Source: the human T2T-CHM13v2.0 reference genome, Homo sapiens. Taken from it: a stretch of 64,000 nt of DNA. The stretch lies in the NCBI RefSeq assembly GCF_009914755.1, contig NC_060930.1. One strand, written 5' to 3'. Shown here piece by piece: positions 1 through 10,591 of the stretch. The notes below the pieces were generated by a model that had not been told where the DNA came from, made no database searches, and was given only the letters and a program-made list of their open reading frames with translations. Numbering within the stretch: the first letter of the stretch is position 1; every line of letters begins with the position of its first letter. The position numbers and the translations under genes were made by a program.

Positions 1-360
1 TCACTGATACCCTTTCTTCCAGTTGATCGCATCGGCTCCTGAGGCTTCTGCATTCTTCACGTAGTTCTCGAGCCTTGGCTTTCAGCTCCATCAGCTCCTT
101 TAAAGCACTTCTCTGTATTGCTTATTCTAGTTATACATTCGTCTAAATTTTTTTCAAAGTTTTCAACTTCTTTGCCTTTGGTTTGAATTTCCTCCTGTAG
201 CTTGGAGTAGTTTGATCATCTGAAGCCTTCTCTCAACTTGTCAAAGTCATTCTCCATCCAGCTTTGTTCCGTTGCTGGTGAGGAGCTGCGTTCCTTTGGA
301 GGAGGAGAGGCGCTCTGCTTTTTAGAGTTTCCAGTTTTTCTGCTCTGTTTTTTTCCCCAT
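1..360 (-). pseudogene. L1 ORF1p N-terminus, frameshifted
   Basis: ATG GGG is followed by 7 A instead of 6 (+1 frameshift at 348-354). There is a second extra base near 101-103 (GTGCTTTAAAGG vs GTGCTTAAAGG) and a 3-nt deletion near 230. Confidence 0.85.
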
Positions 361-942
361 CTTTGTGGTTTTATATACTTTTGGTCTTTGATGATGGTGA
401 TGTACAGATGGGTTTTTGGTGTGGATGTCCTTTCTGTTTGTTAGTTTTCCTTCTAACAGACGGGACCCTCAGCTGCAGGTATGTTAGAGTTTGCTAGAGG
501 TCTACTCCAGACCCTGTTTGCTTGGGTACCAGCAGTGGTGGCTGCAGAACAGCGGATTTTTGTGTACCGCGAATGCTGCTGTCTGATCGTTCTTCTGGAA
601 GTTTTGTCTCAGAGGAGTACCCGGCCTTGTGAGGTGTCAGTCTGCCCCTACTGCGGGGTGCCTCCCAGTTAGGCTGCTCGGGGGTCAGGGGTCAGGGACC
701 CACTTGAGGAGGCAGTCTGCCCATTCTCAGATCTCCAGCTGTGTGCTGGGAGAACCAATGCTCTCTTCAAAGCTGTCAGACAGGGACATTTAAGTCTATA
801 CAGGTTACTGCTGTCTTTTTGTTTGTCTGTGACCTGCCCCCAGAGGTGGAGCCTACAGAGGCAGGTGGCCTCCTTGAGCTGTGGTGGGCTCCACCCAGTT
901 GGAGCTTCCCGGCTGCTTTGTTTACCTAAGCGAGCCTGGGCA

Positions 943-1410
943 ATGGCCGGTGCCCCTCCCTCAGCCTCGCTGCCGCCTTGCAGTTTGATCTCAGACTGCT
1001 GTGGTAGCAATCAGCGAGACTCCATGGGTGTAGGACCCTCTGAGCCATGTGCGGGATATAATCTCCTGGTGCGCCATATTTTAAGCCTGTCAGAAAAGCT
1101 CAGTATTGGGGTGGGAGTGACCCGATTTTCCTGGTGCCGTCTGTCACCCCTTTCTTTGACTAGGAAAGGGAACTCCCTGACCCCTTGCACTTCCCGAGTA
1201 AGGCAATGCCTCACCCTGCTTTGGCTCGTGCATGGTGTCCTGCACCCACTGTCCTGCACCCACTGTCTGGCACTCCCTAGTGAGATGAACCCGGTACCTC
1301 AGATGGAAATGCAGAAATCACCCGTCTTCTGTGTCGCTCACGCTGGGAGCTGTAGACCAGAGCTGTTCCTATTCGGCCATCTTGGCTCCCCCCTCCAGAG
1401 TATAATTTGA
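943..1410 (+). CDS. ORF0: L1 antisense ORF0-like reading frame, open for 155 aa
   Basis: ATG at 943 is in strong Kozak context (GCAATGG). The translation MAGAPPSASLPPCSLISDCCGSNQRDSMGVGPSEP... matches the known ORF0 N-terminus. Stop TGA is at 1408-1410. There is no evidence of expression. Confidence 0.5.
   Translation: MAGAPPSASLPPCSLISDCCGSNQRDSMGVGPSEPCAGYNLLVRHILSLSEKLSIGVGVTRFSWCRLSPLSLTRKGNSLTPCTSRVRQCLTLLWLVHGVLHPLSCTHCLALPSEMNPVPQMEMQKSPVFCVAHAGSCRPELFLFGHLGSPLQSII
1375..1387 (-). promoter_or_regulatory. YY1 site of the L1 internal sense promoter
   Basis: GCCAAGATGGCCG is intact on the minus strand near the L1 +1 position. Confidence 0.8.
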
Positions 1411-1444
1411 AGTCAGGTAATGTGATGCCTCTAGCTTTGTTCTC
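1400..1444 (-). mobile_element. Inverted L1 ORF2 segment belonging to the adjacent L1MA
   Basis: The reverse complement reads AGAACAAAGCTAGAGGCATCACATTACCTGACTTCAAATTATAC (ORF2 KNKAGGITLPDFKLY region). Confidence 0.75.
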
Positions 1445-2549
1445 TTCACTAAATGATCAGGGAAAACTGGATGTCCATATGCAGAAGAATGACACTAGAC
1501 CCCTTTGTCTCACCATGTACAAAAGTCAAATCAAAATGAATTAAATACAAATCTAACATCAGAAACTATGAAACTACTAGAAGAAAACACTAGGGAAATG
1601 CTCCAGAGTGTTGGTTTGGGCAAAGATTTTTTATGTAAGAATTCAGAAGCACAGACAACCAAAGCAAAAGGGGACAAATGGGATTATATCAAGCTAAAAA
1701 GCTCTGCACAGCAAAGGAAACAATCTACAGTAAACAGACAACCCACAGATTGGGGAAAATATTTGCAATCTGTTTATCTAACAAGATATTAATAACCAGA
1801 ATATATAAGGAGCTCAAACAACTCAATAGGGAGAAAAACAAATATGATTAAGAAATGGTCAAAAGATGTAAATAGACATTTCTCTAAAGGAGGCATACAA
1901 ATGGCCAACAGGCATATGAAAAAATGCTCAACATCACTAATCATCAGAAAAACACAAATGAAAGCCACAATGATATATCTTCTCACCCTTGTTAGAATAG
2001 CTATTATCAGAAAGACCAAAAATAACAGATGCTGGTGAAGACATGGAGAGAGGGAAATCTTTGTACTTGTGGGAATGTAAATTAGTCAGCCACTATGGGG
2101 AAGAGTATAGAGATTCCTGAAAAAATTGAAAATAGAACCACCATATGATTCAACAATCCTGTTGCTGGAAACCTATCCAAAAGAAATGAAATCACTATAT
2201 TGAAGAGATACCTGCACTCTGATGTTTGTTGCGGCACTCTACGTAATAGCCAAGTTACGGAATTAACCTAAGTATCCATCAGTGGATGAATAACAGATAA
2301 ATAAAATGTGGTTCCTATACATAATGCAATATTATTCAGCCATATAAAAGAATGAAATTCTGTAATTTGCAGCAATGTGGATGGAACTGGAGGACATTAT
2401 ATTATGTGAAATAAACCAGGCACAGAAAGACAAATATCACATGTTCTCAATCACATGTGGGAGTTATGCAAAAAATTAACTCGTGGAGATGGAGAGTAGA
2501 ATGATCATTACCACTGGCAAGAAAGAGTAGTGTGTGGGTGGGGGAAAGT

Positions 2550-2692
2550 GGGGATGGTTAATGGGTACAAAAATACAGTTAGATAGAAGCAATAAGATAA
2601 CACAATTCAAGGAGTTCCCTCATTTGCTCTTGTCACTAGTGTTATCTTATTCCTTCTATCTAACTGTATTTTTGTACCCATTAACCATCCCC
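2550..2692. repeat. 54-bp inverted repeat (53/54 identical) with 35-bp spacer
   Basis: 2550-2603 is the reverse complement of 2639-2692 with one mismatch. Confidence 0.95.
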
Positions 2693-2694
2693 TC

Positions 2695-2961
2695 TTTTTT
2701 CATTTTTTATTTTACTTTAAGTTCTGGGATACATGTGCAGAATGTGCAGGTTTGTTACATAGGTATACATGTGCCGTGGTGGTTTGCTGCACCTATCAAC
2801 TGGTCATGTAGGTTTCAAGCCCTGCATGCATTAGGTATTTGTCCTGATGCTCTCCCTCCCCTTGCCTCCCACCCCCTAACAGGCCCTGGTATGTGATGTC
2901 CCCTCTCTGTGTCCATGTGTTCTCATTGTTCAGCTCCCACTGGTGAGTGAGAGCATGTGGT
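2695..2961 (-). mobile_element. L1PA8/L1PA10-like 3'UTR fragment
   Basis: A T-rich tail is followed by TTTAAGTTCTGGGATACATGTGCAGAATGTGCAGG...AAGCCCTGCATGCATTAGG. Degenerate TSD: ATTAACCATCCCCTCTTTT / ATTAACCACTCCTCTTTT. Confidence 0.9.
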
Positions 2962-3289
2962 ATTAACCACTCCTCTTTTAACTCCTCCCACCCACACAAT
3001 ATAGGAGCACTATAGCTAACAATATATTTATTGTATATTGAAAATAACTAAAATAATGTAATTGGAATCTTCCTAACAAAGAAATGATAAATGCTTGAGG
3101 TAATGGATATGTCAATTACCCTGAGTTGATCATTATACGTTGTACTCTTATATCAAAACATAATATGCACATATATATATATACAAGTGTTATGTACCCA
3201 TAATAATGTAAATTTTTTAAAAATTCTGTTCTCCTTGATCAAACACCCTCAAAATTTAATTCAAGGAGTTCCCCCATTTGCTCTTGTAA

Positions 3290-4110
3290 GTATATGACAA
3301 CAAGTTTTGCAAATTTTTGAGTATAGTCTGTTTCCTCCATTATCAGCCCTAGCATATCACCAGCTGGGTTATGCTTGGATTTAACCTTAATTAGTGACCT
3401 GGCAAGCAGAAAAGGAGATGGGTACAGCTTCTAGGGGCAGGTACCTGTTACCTTATGAGGAGAACCTAATCTTCCTGACCAGTAGAAGCACTAGCTCTCA
3501 CTAAGAAGGATGACATTCCTTTGCAAACCTGAGACTCCATGGGCAACCAGCAGTTTGAATAGCCAGCATTCTCAGGGCCATCCACTCAGATTTCCCTGTC
3601 CTATTTTTTCAAGACCATAGATTTTCCCCACCAGCGCCCTCATGTTCATATAACAAATCTGTCTTAGCTAAGCATTCAAGCATTTCTGGAGGTTTGTGCC
3701 TCTGACAATAATCTTCAGCCTATCACTTAATTGTGTTTACCCTTCCATTACAGGTGATAAGGGCCTCTTTATAAGGTACAACTGAGACTCTCTGATTCAC
3801 ACACTTAACTATAAAGTCCTTGTTAACAACCCTTCATCTCTCATTGTTCTTCTAAAGGACATCTCACTCTGATTTGTAGACACTGTTTCCCACCTGTTTT
3901 TTAGATGTCAAAATTATTACACCTGCCATGGCAGTTTCTCCACCAGGACATTTTCCCAGGTCACCATTGGCAAAATCTTCAGCAATTGAGCCACCATATT
4001 GTGCCAAGTACTACCCATCCCCCACATACTAACCAGGATGGTATCTTCTTCACCTGCCTGGTAGTGGATTAACCAGTCCCAAATCCTTGTCTTACTGCTC
4101 ATTTGCTATG
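3290..4110 (-). mobile_element. ERVL-class internal relic (ERV3-16A3-like leader and gag N-terminus)
   Basis: It abuts an LTR16A-like LTR in the same orientation. ORF 3917-4102 (IWDWLIH...GSTWHNMVAQLLKI) resembles the ERVL gag N-terminus (FWSWLL...DSPWHELFRELCKI). Confidence 0.5.
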
Positions 4111-4124
4111 ATCACTCATTGCCA

Positions 4125-4837
4125 CTTGCTAGTTCATTCAAGAAGGTAACCCAAGATGGGATTAAACATGCAAGTATTATAGTAGACACCTCTGTGAGAC
4201 AAAATGGAGAGGGGACCTGGTAAGGCTAGGGGCACCTTTAGACCACAGCGTGAGTGAAAGACAGAGGGAGGGCCGGGCCTGGTGGCTCATACCTGTAACC
4301 CCAGAACTTTAGGAGGTCAAGGTGGGCAAATATCTTGAGCTCAGGAGTTCGAGATCAGCCTGGGCAACATGGCGAAATCCTGTCTTTACAAAAAAATACA
4401 AAAAAACTAGCTGGACATAATGGCACATGTCCGCAGTACCAGCTACTGAGGGGACTAAGGTGGGAAGATCACCTGAGCTCAGGAGGTGGAGGCTGTAGTG
4501 AGCTGTGATCATGCCACGGCACTCCCACCTGGGTGACAGAGTGAGATTCTGTCTCAAAAAACAAACAAACAAAAAGACAGGGAGAGAAATGCCCTTGACA
4601 ATGATGCTGCTCAGGAATTCCTCTAGCTAAAGCCGGCTATTAGAGGAGTCCCATGTCTCCCAGGAATGGGTATCACTTAATATCCCTGCTGTGCTCCATC
4701 ACTGGCTGAGAGCAGCTGGAGGGATCAGTGCAAATGCCACAGTAGATTTCATAGCACAACAGCTGGGGCCCTCAGTTAGTTGTTTTATCCATATCCATAA
4801 AGGGAGGTACACAATGCACATGCTCATGGCTTCTACA
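4125..4837 (-). mobile_element. LTR16A-like ERVL LTR, split by an AluJ
   Basis: AGAGGAGTCCCATGTCTCCCAGGAATGGG, CAGCTGGGGCCCTCAG and the terminal ...CATGGCTTCTACA match the recalled LTR16A reverse strand. Confidence 0.6.
4271..4575 (+). mobile_element. AluJ
   Basis: Dimeric Alu with J diagnostics (CTTGAGCTCAGGAG, GGCTGTAGTGAGCTGTGATC). TSD is approximately AAAGACAGAGGGAG / AAAGACAGGGAG. Confidence 0.95.
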
Positions 4838-5191
4838 CAGAGGTAAGCATTTACTTCTAAAGTCGTTTTCCTTTCTCCTTCCATTTTCTTCCTTCTTTAT
4901 TTTAATTTGTGAACTTAGGAATTGTTTTTGGATTATTTTCCCTAATGTAAATAAGTGGAAACAGCAAGGAATTCCCAGTCTGAAGGACCTGGGTTATATT
5001 ACTACTATACTATAGCATGACTTTAGGACAAGTTAGATGAAATCTCTTCTTTGCACTTTCCTAAATAGCCAAGTTGCAAGCTTGTGTTGAGAATGAATGA
5101 AACTAGGTTTATAACTGGACATAATGTTACACAAACATTTATTTGTTTATTAGTTTTCTTCTTTTTCTGTTTTCCCAATTTGATGCACCTT

Positions 5192-5318
5192 CCACTAGAA
5201 TGAAAGATCCATAGTCTGAAGGGCATTTCTGAATTGTTCACTGCTATGTCCACCAGCACAAAAACAATATCTGACACATAGTAGCCACCTAAACAATATT
5301 TGTTGAGTGGATGAATTA
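5192..5318 (+). mobile_element. L2 3' end fragment
   Basis: CCACTAGAATGAAAGATCCAT...TTGTTCACTGCTATGTCC...GACACATAGTAG...ATATTTGTTGAGTGGATGAAT. Confidence 0.75.
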
Positions 5319-6382
5319 ACTTGTTTAGCTCAGTATTTAAGATATAGTACGTCTTTAATATGTGAAATTTCTTGTTTCCCCTTAATGTGAACAAGTACAT
5401 TTTTACTGTATATTACATTGCCTCATATGTAAAGCCAAGAATCACTTCACTGGTTGAAAACAATTTCAGGAAAATAGGGAGAGAAAACTTCATAATGGCC
5501 AAAAATTTAGCAGAGATGTGAAAATCATTTCAAATTTTATTTTATTTTAGGGGTTATCTTAAGTTTTAATCATTTTATAATTTCAGACTACAACTGAACA
5601 TTTTTATTATTGACAATGTTTTATTTCAAATACATATTTTTAACTTGCTCTACCAATCTAACAAATATTTTACTATATTCTAGGTACTGTGCTAGACTAT
5701 AAACTTGCACATATAGAAGTAAAGTTGACTCTTTATTAAATAGTAAACTAGAAAAAGACAAGTCATTATTAGAATTCCATTCTTGACACAGAACTCTCCT
5801 CTATTTGATACAAGTGTATGTTATTGTGCCTGGCCTGCCAGCATGCCCAAGGCCCTGGTTTTTCAAAGGATTGTGAACTTTCTTTCAGTAGTATATCAGG
5901 ACTTAAAAGTATATCTTAGCAATAGTAAACAAGTTCCTATCAAGTGTGTGCTCTTATATAGAGTTTTGGCAGAAAGAAAATCAGGCTAGCATTGTAGATT
6001 GTGAAACCCACTGAGCAAGGACCATGTCTAATTCTGTGTTCAGTACTTGATTTTCAAATGAAAGAAAAATGAAACAATTTCATTTCTGACTATTGGAGTT
6101 TTTCATTTGAAGAAAAATAAGGTTTTCACCAGAGCTTAGTAGAAGACTACACAATAGGAGTGTGGGACTTATTTTAAAACTTGTAAGTTTTGTGTAATAA
6201 CTATTTATTTCTGTTTCCTGATGTTTTAACAAGTTTAATATCTTCCCTGAATAATATGACAAATGTTATCAAAAATTTTATTCATCTTAAAAATAAGTAA
6301 TAAACAAATGTGCTTTTGAATTGAGAACACTGACTTTATTAATTTAAACCCTGATTGGAGCTTATTTAAAAATAAATAATGT

Positions 6383-6700
<318 letters not shown>

Positions 6701-6863
6701 ATAATAATAATGTTTTTGTTTCTAATACTTTACTAAGTAATAGTGTGTATATAAGTAAATCTATATGATTTTCCCATTGCTGGAGCCTTTTTCTCAGGAT
6801 AACACATTTTTATAAACTAAATATTTTAAGCATAGTTTTAAAAAATATGCTTAAGATGTCAAC

Positions 6864-7240
6864 ATTTTATTGAGTTGCATTCCATTGTACATATATGTAA
6901 TTATTTATCCATTCAATTATTGATAGACATTAAGTCGTTTCAATTATGTCTATTATAAATGTTATGCTTCTAGTTCAGCTGCCGTTGTTATTCATATACA
7001 TGTCTTTTTGTGGACATACGTTTTCATTCCTCTTAAATAAATATCTAGGTATAGAATTGCTGAGTCATGTGGCAAGTGTATGTGTAACTTTATTAAAAAT
7101 TCCAAACTGTTTGCTGAAGTGACTAAGCCATCTCATATTCCCACTGGCAATGCACTCGAGTTCCTATGTTTCCCCATCAACACTTGATTTCATACATCTT
7201 TTAGTTTTCAGCCATTCTAAAGTGTATATAATGGCATCCC
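6864..7240 (-). mobile_element. Old L1 (L1MD/ME) ORF2-end/3'UTR fragment, inverted relative to its neighbour
   Basis: Typical antisense L1M text: CATTCCATTGTAC...TTTTGTGGACATACGTTTTCATT...AGAATTGCTGAGTCATGTGG...CAGCCATTCT. Confidence 0.75.
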
Positions 7241-7590
7241 AGACTGACACATGCAACAACATGGGTAGATCTCAAAAACTTTAAGCTGAGTGAAATACAT
7301 CAGGTACAAAAAAGAGTATATTCTATGTGATTCCATTAATGTGAAATTCTAGAAGGCAAATCTAATCTATATTGACAGAAAGCAGATCAGTAGTTGTTTG
7401 ATGCCAGGAATAGGACTAAGGATTACCTGCAAAGCAGCACAAAGCTAGGGCACTTTTAGGGATCATGGAAATATTCTGCATTTTTATTGGAATTGTGGTT
7501 GCATTCATGTATATATTTGTCAGAATTCATCAAACTGTACACTTAAAATTGGTGCATTTAATTGTATGTAGATTATACATCAGTAAAATT
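7241..7590 (+). mobile_element. Old L1 (L1MD/ME) 3'UTR
   Basis: CATGCAACAACATGGGTAGATCTCAAAAAC...GAAAGCAGATCAGTAG...CATCAAACTGTACACTTAAAA. Confidence 0.8.
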
Positions 7591-10553
7591 CATATAATAC
7601 GAAACATATCAAATTTACTTTTGAATATTAACATAAAGTCTTAATCATATCTGCTTGCCATGCTTAGGAATACAAAGCATTTTAATAATATGAAAGAAGG
7701 GTACAAGCAATCCACAAAATCAAGCATTGTTTCTTCCAGGGAGGCATATCTGTAAAAGCCTCTGAATATCTTTCATTCTTTCAGACTCAGTCAAGTTCTT
7801 ACACCTAGAGAGTAAAATTCTGATCAGATGGCCAGTTGGGTCAGGTTCTGATATTGCTAGCTTACCAAAATCTGAATATCTGTTAATGATAATTAAATTA
7901 ATACATGTTCTTTGTCGAAAGCAATGCAGGGGAAGAGAGCATTCATCATTCTAATACCTAAAGGCAACTACTATTGTTATTTTGGAGTATTTCTTTATTT
8001 TTAATGCATTTTTAACATTTCAGATAATATGGTAAGTGCTATTTTCTAAGTACATTTTCACTCAATATTAGATCATTAGCATTTTTCCAAGTCTTTAAAC
8101 ATTCCATAAACATCATTTTAATAGCTCATCATATGCCTGTACCATCATTAACTATCACTCTTTCAATGGCATTTCATTTTTTTTTTTTTTCCAAACAGCA
8201 GATACATTGCCTGGACCATTGAAAATTCTCCAAAAATTTTGTTGAATGAATGAATGAGTTATAAATATTGTGAAGAACATCTTTGTGCCACAATCTGTAT
8301 TTTTTGAGAAACTTTAAGATAAATTCGCAGAAATAGAATGTCTGTGGCAAACACATAAAAAATGTTAAAGGCACTTGATTCACTTGAGGAAAGCTTTTAT
8401 CTTGGGAAAAAAGAAAAATTATACTGTACATGGGGCTTCAAAAGTTATCTAAGGCACATTTTAAAATATTTAAAAAGAGTTATAGTTCATTTTAAACTGT
8501 TTCTTTCACTGGTGTATTAGTATGTGCAATTAAAGGCAAAACCCTGGCCCTTTTCTTTTTTCTTTATAAAAATAACCTCATGGTGGTCCCATCACTAAGA
8601 GCATCTTGGTTTCATAGTGCATCCTATCCCTCTGCATCGCTTTTCATGTAATTTCTGAATTCAAGAATTTTTTTTTCTTGATTATGGCATCTCCCATGAT
8701 ATTTTGCCATCACTGCCTTCTTTTCTCTAGTTTGGTCTTTTTGTAAATTTGCTGCCACTCTGACTCTTATTGAGCAGCAGATACCATGAAAACACAGAAC
8801 TGCTCTGTGGTGATTGATGGTAGTGGAAGAGTTCACACTCTTTACTTGGTGCTCTGCTCTGTAGAAATCTTCCTTGGCTCATTTTCCCAATGAAGCATCA
8901 ATCATGAGCCTGCTATTTCTTTTTGTATTGGTTTCTTTTTGTATGTATTTCTCTAAGTCAGAATGTCTTATTGCCCAGAGAGGCAGGTGTTGGGCTTTTC
9001 TGAACACATTTGAGGTCTTCCAATTCAAGCTGGCTATTAAAGATGGGAGTAATGCCTGATGATCTGGGTCCATGGCCAGAGAATTATCCAATGCTGGCCT
9101 TTGTACTCCAGGCTGTTCCGATTCTATTTTAGCCCTTAATATGTGGGGAGGGGCTCTTTATCTTGTGGCAATATTATGGAACTGGAGAAGAGATTTTCTT
9201 ACCATATTGCTGCTAGCACATGAATGCTTAGAATTCTTTTGCTTTCTTTATGGCATTTTTCTAGTTTCTCCATTTCCAATTCTCTTCTTTATTCATAGTT
9301 TTGGGGCAGTTGCTTGACATAAAAATATTGTGATTTATTTTCAAACTACTGCTTTCCTGGGAGAGAAGCCACTTTTTTTGAGAAGGCACTTTTTAAATAC
9401 TAATTAGAGATTTAAATTATGTCATGCACCTTACGTAAGCCGCGTGCAGGCCCTAAATTCATATCTATATGACCAAAATAACAAAAATAGCATGTTATCT
9501 TGTAGTTTAGCCATCATAAGAACTAAATCCATATGCCATATTCACAGCCTGGTTGGGTGTTGCAAAGAGGATTCTGAAAAAAGTAAATAAAAAGATTGGA
9601 GCAACTCAAATCATCCAGTGACAGCATCTCAATATTTCATATACGTTTTAACTTAGGAAGGAATATTTATTCTTTAACTTCCTTTAGATAGAGTTCAGTA
9701 ACTTTCTGTGTTATTGACCTTTAAAGTTTTTATGCAGATTTTTAAAGCCAATGAGAAAAAACTGCTTCACTGGTTCCTTCTGGGATATGTATCAAAATTG
9801 AGGTACGAAATTCTGAATGCTTTTTCAGAAACCCAATTTAAAGCTTTTTAGACTAGTCAATACTGCTCTTCAAATTTAAAAATGCTTTTCTCCTCATTAC
9901 AAGTGAGGTGAGAGATTACATATAAATTGTTAGTCAAAAGCATGGCAAAACTCCCCTGGCAACTGCCCATTTCCTTGACTCCATTACTATGCACTTCTTG
10001 AGGGCATATCAGGAGTAGTGGCTGAGCAAGGATCAAGGGTTCCGGGAAAACAGGTGTCACTCAGACCGTTTTACTTGACAGTCATGAGGATCGAGGTCAC
10101 TGACCCAGTGGAAGGACGAACAGGCCCAACAACAGTGGCAAGTTGTACATTTTACATTCTTTGCCCTCCTCTTTACATGTTTTCTTTATGATTCACACCA
10201 AATCTTTCCTTTTTCGATAATATGGGTAATGTTATTTTGGGGGCCTTAAAAGGACTCAAGTTAAAAGTTACTTGTAGAATTTTGAAATTCAAGACAGGAT
10301 AAAAAGTAATTTGGGGCCATTGTTTGGGTGATTTGATGATAAATTCTGACTTCTGCCAGGAAATATAAATAAAATGCACCATACAGATGAATTAGAGAAA
10401 ATGAAATGTCTTTTTTGGTTCAGTGTGCTTTGACTCAGTGGACACAGTGTTTTATTTTTTCATTTAACATCTCTTTTATTTTTCTCTTTTCATTTTCTTC
10501 TGATTTATATGGCTCCACTTCTCTCTCTCACTCTCTTAATCTTTTATAATCTG

Positions 10554-10556
<3 letters not shown>

Positions 10557-10589
<33 letters not shown>
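10557..10589. repeat. (CA)16 microsatellite
   Basis: Directly visible. Confidence 0.98.

Positions 10590-10591
<2 letters not shown>

Larger units (their letters stand above)
1..1396 (-). mobile_element. LINE-1 L1PA3/L1PA4, 5' end (complete 5'UTR plus start of ORF1); continues off the left edge
   Basis: The minus strand starts GGAGGGGGGAGCCAAGATGGCCGAATAGGAACAGCTC at 1396, the canonical L1PA 5' end. The ORF1 ATG is at 360, so the 5'UTR is ~1036 nt. Confidence 0.95.
1445..3222 (+). mobile_element. L1MA (L1MA3/4-like) ORF2 3' end and 3'UTR, interrupted at 2604-2998
   Basis: ORF2 remnants (KGDKWDYIKLKS; [12 protein letters not shown]; [12 protein letters not shown]) are followed by an L1MA-type 3'UTR and an A-rich end. 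Confidence 0.85.

Noticed and set aside
823-942. N-terminal 40 aa of the 195-aa ORF in the track
   Set aside because: It starts at a non-ATG codon. The recognised ORF0 start is the ATG at 943.
8580-9320. Overlapping short ORFs; possible processed pseudogene or ancient RTE/CR1 LINE
   Set aside because: No recognisable protein, poly-A or TSD. The resemblance to an endonuclease motif (NHHRAV) is too weak without a profile search.
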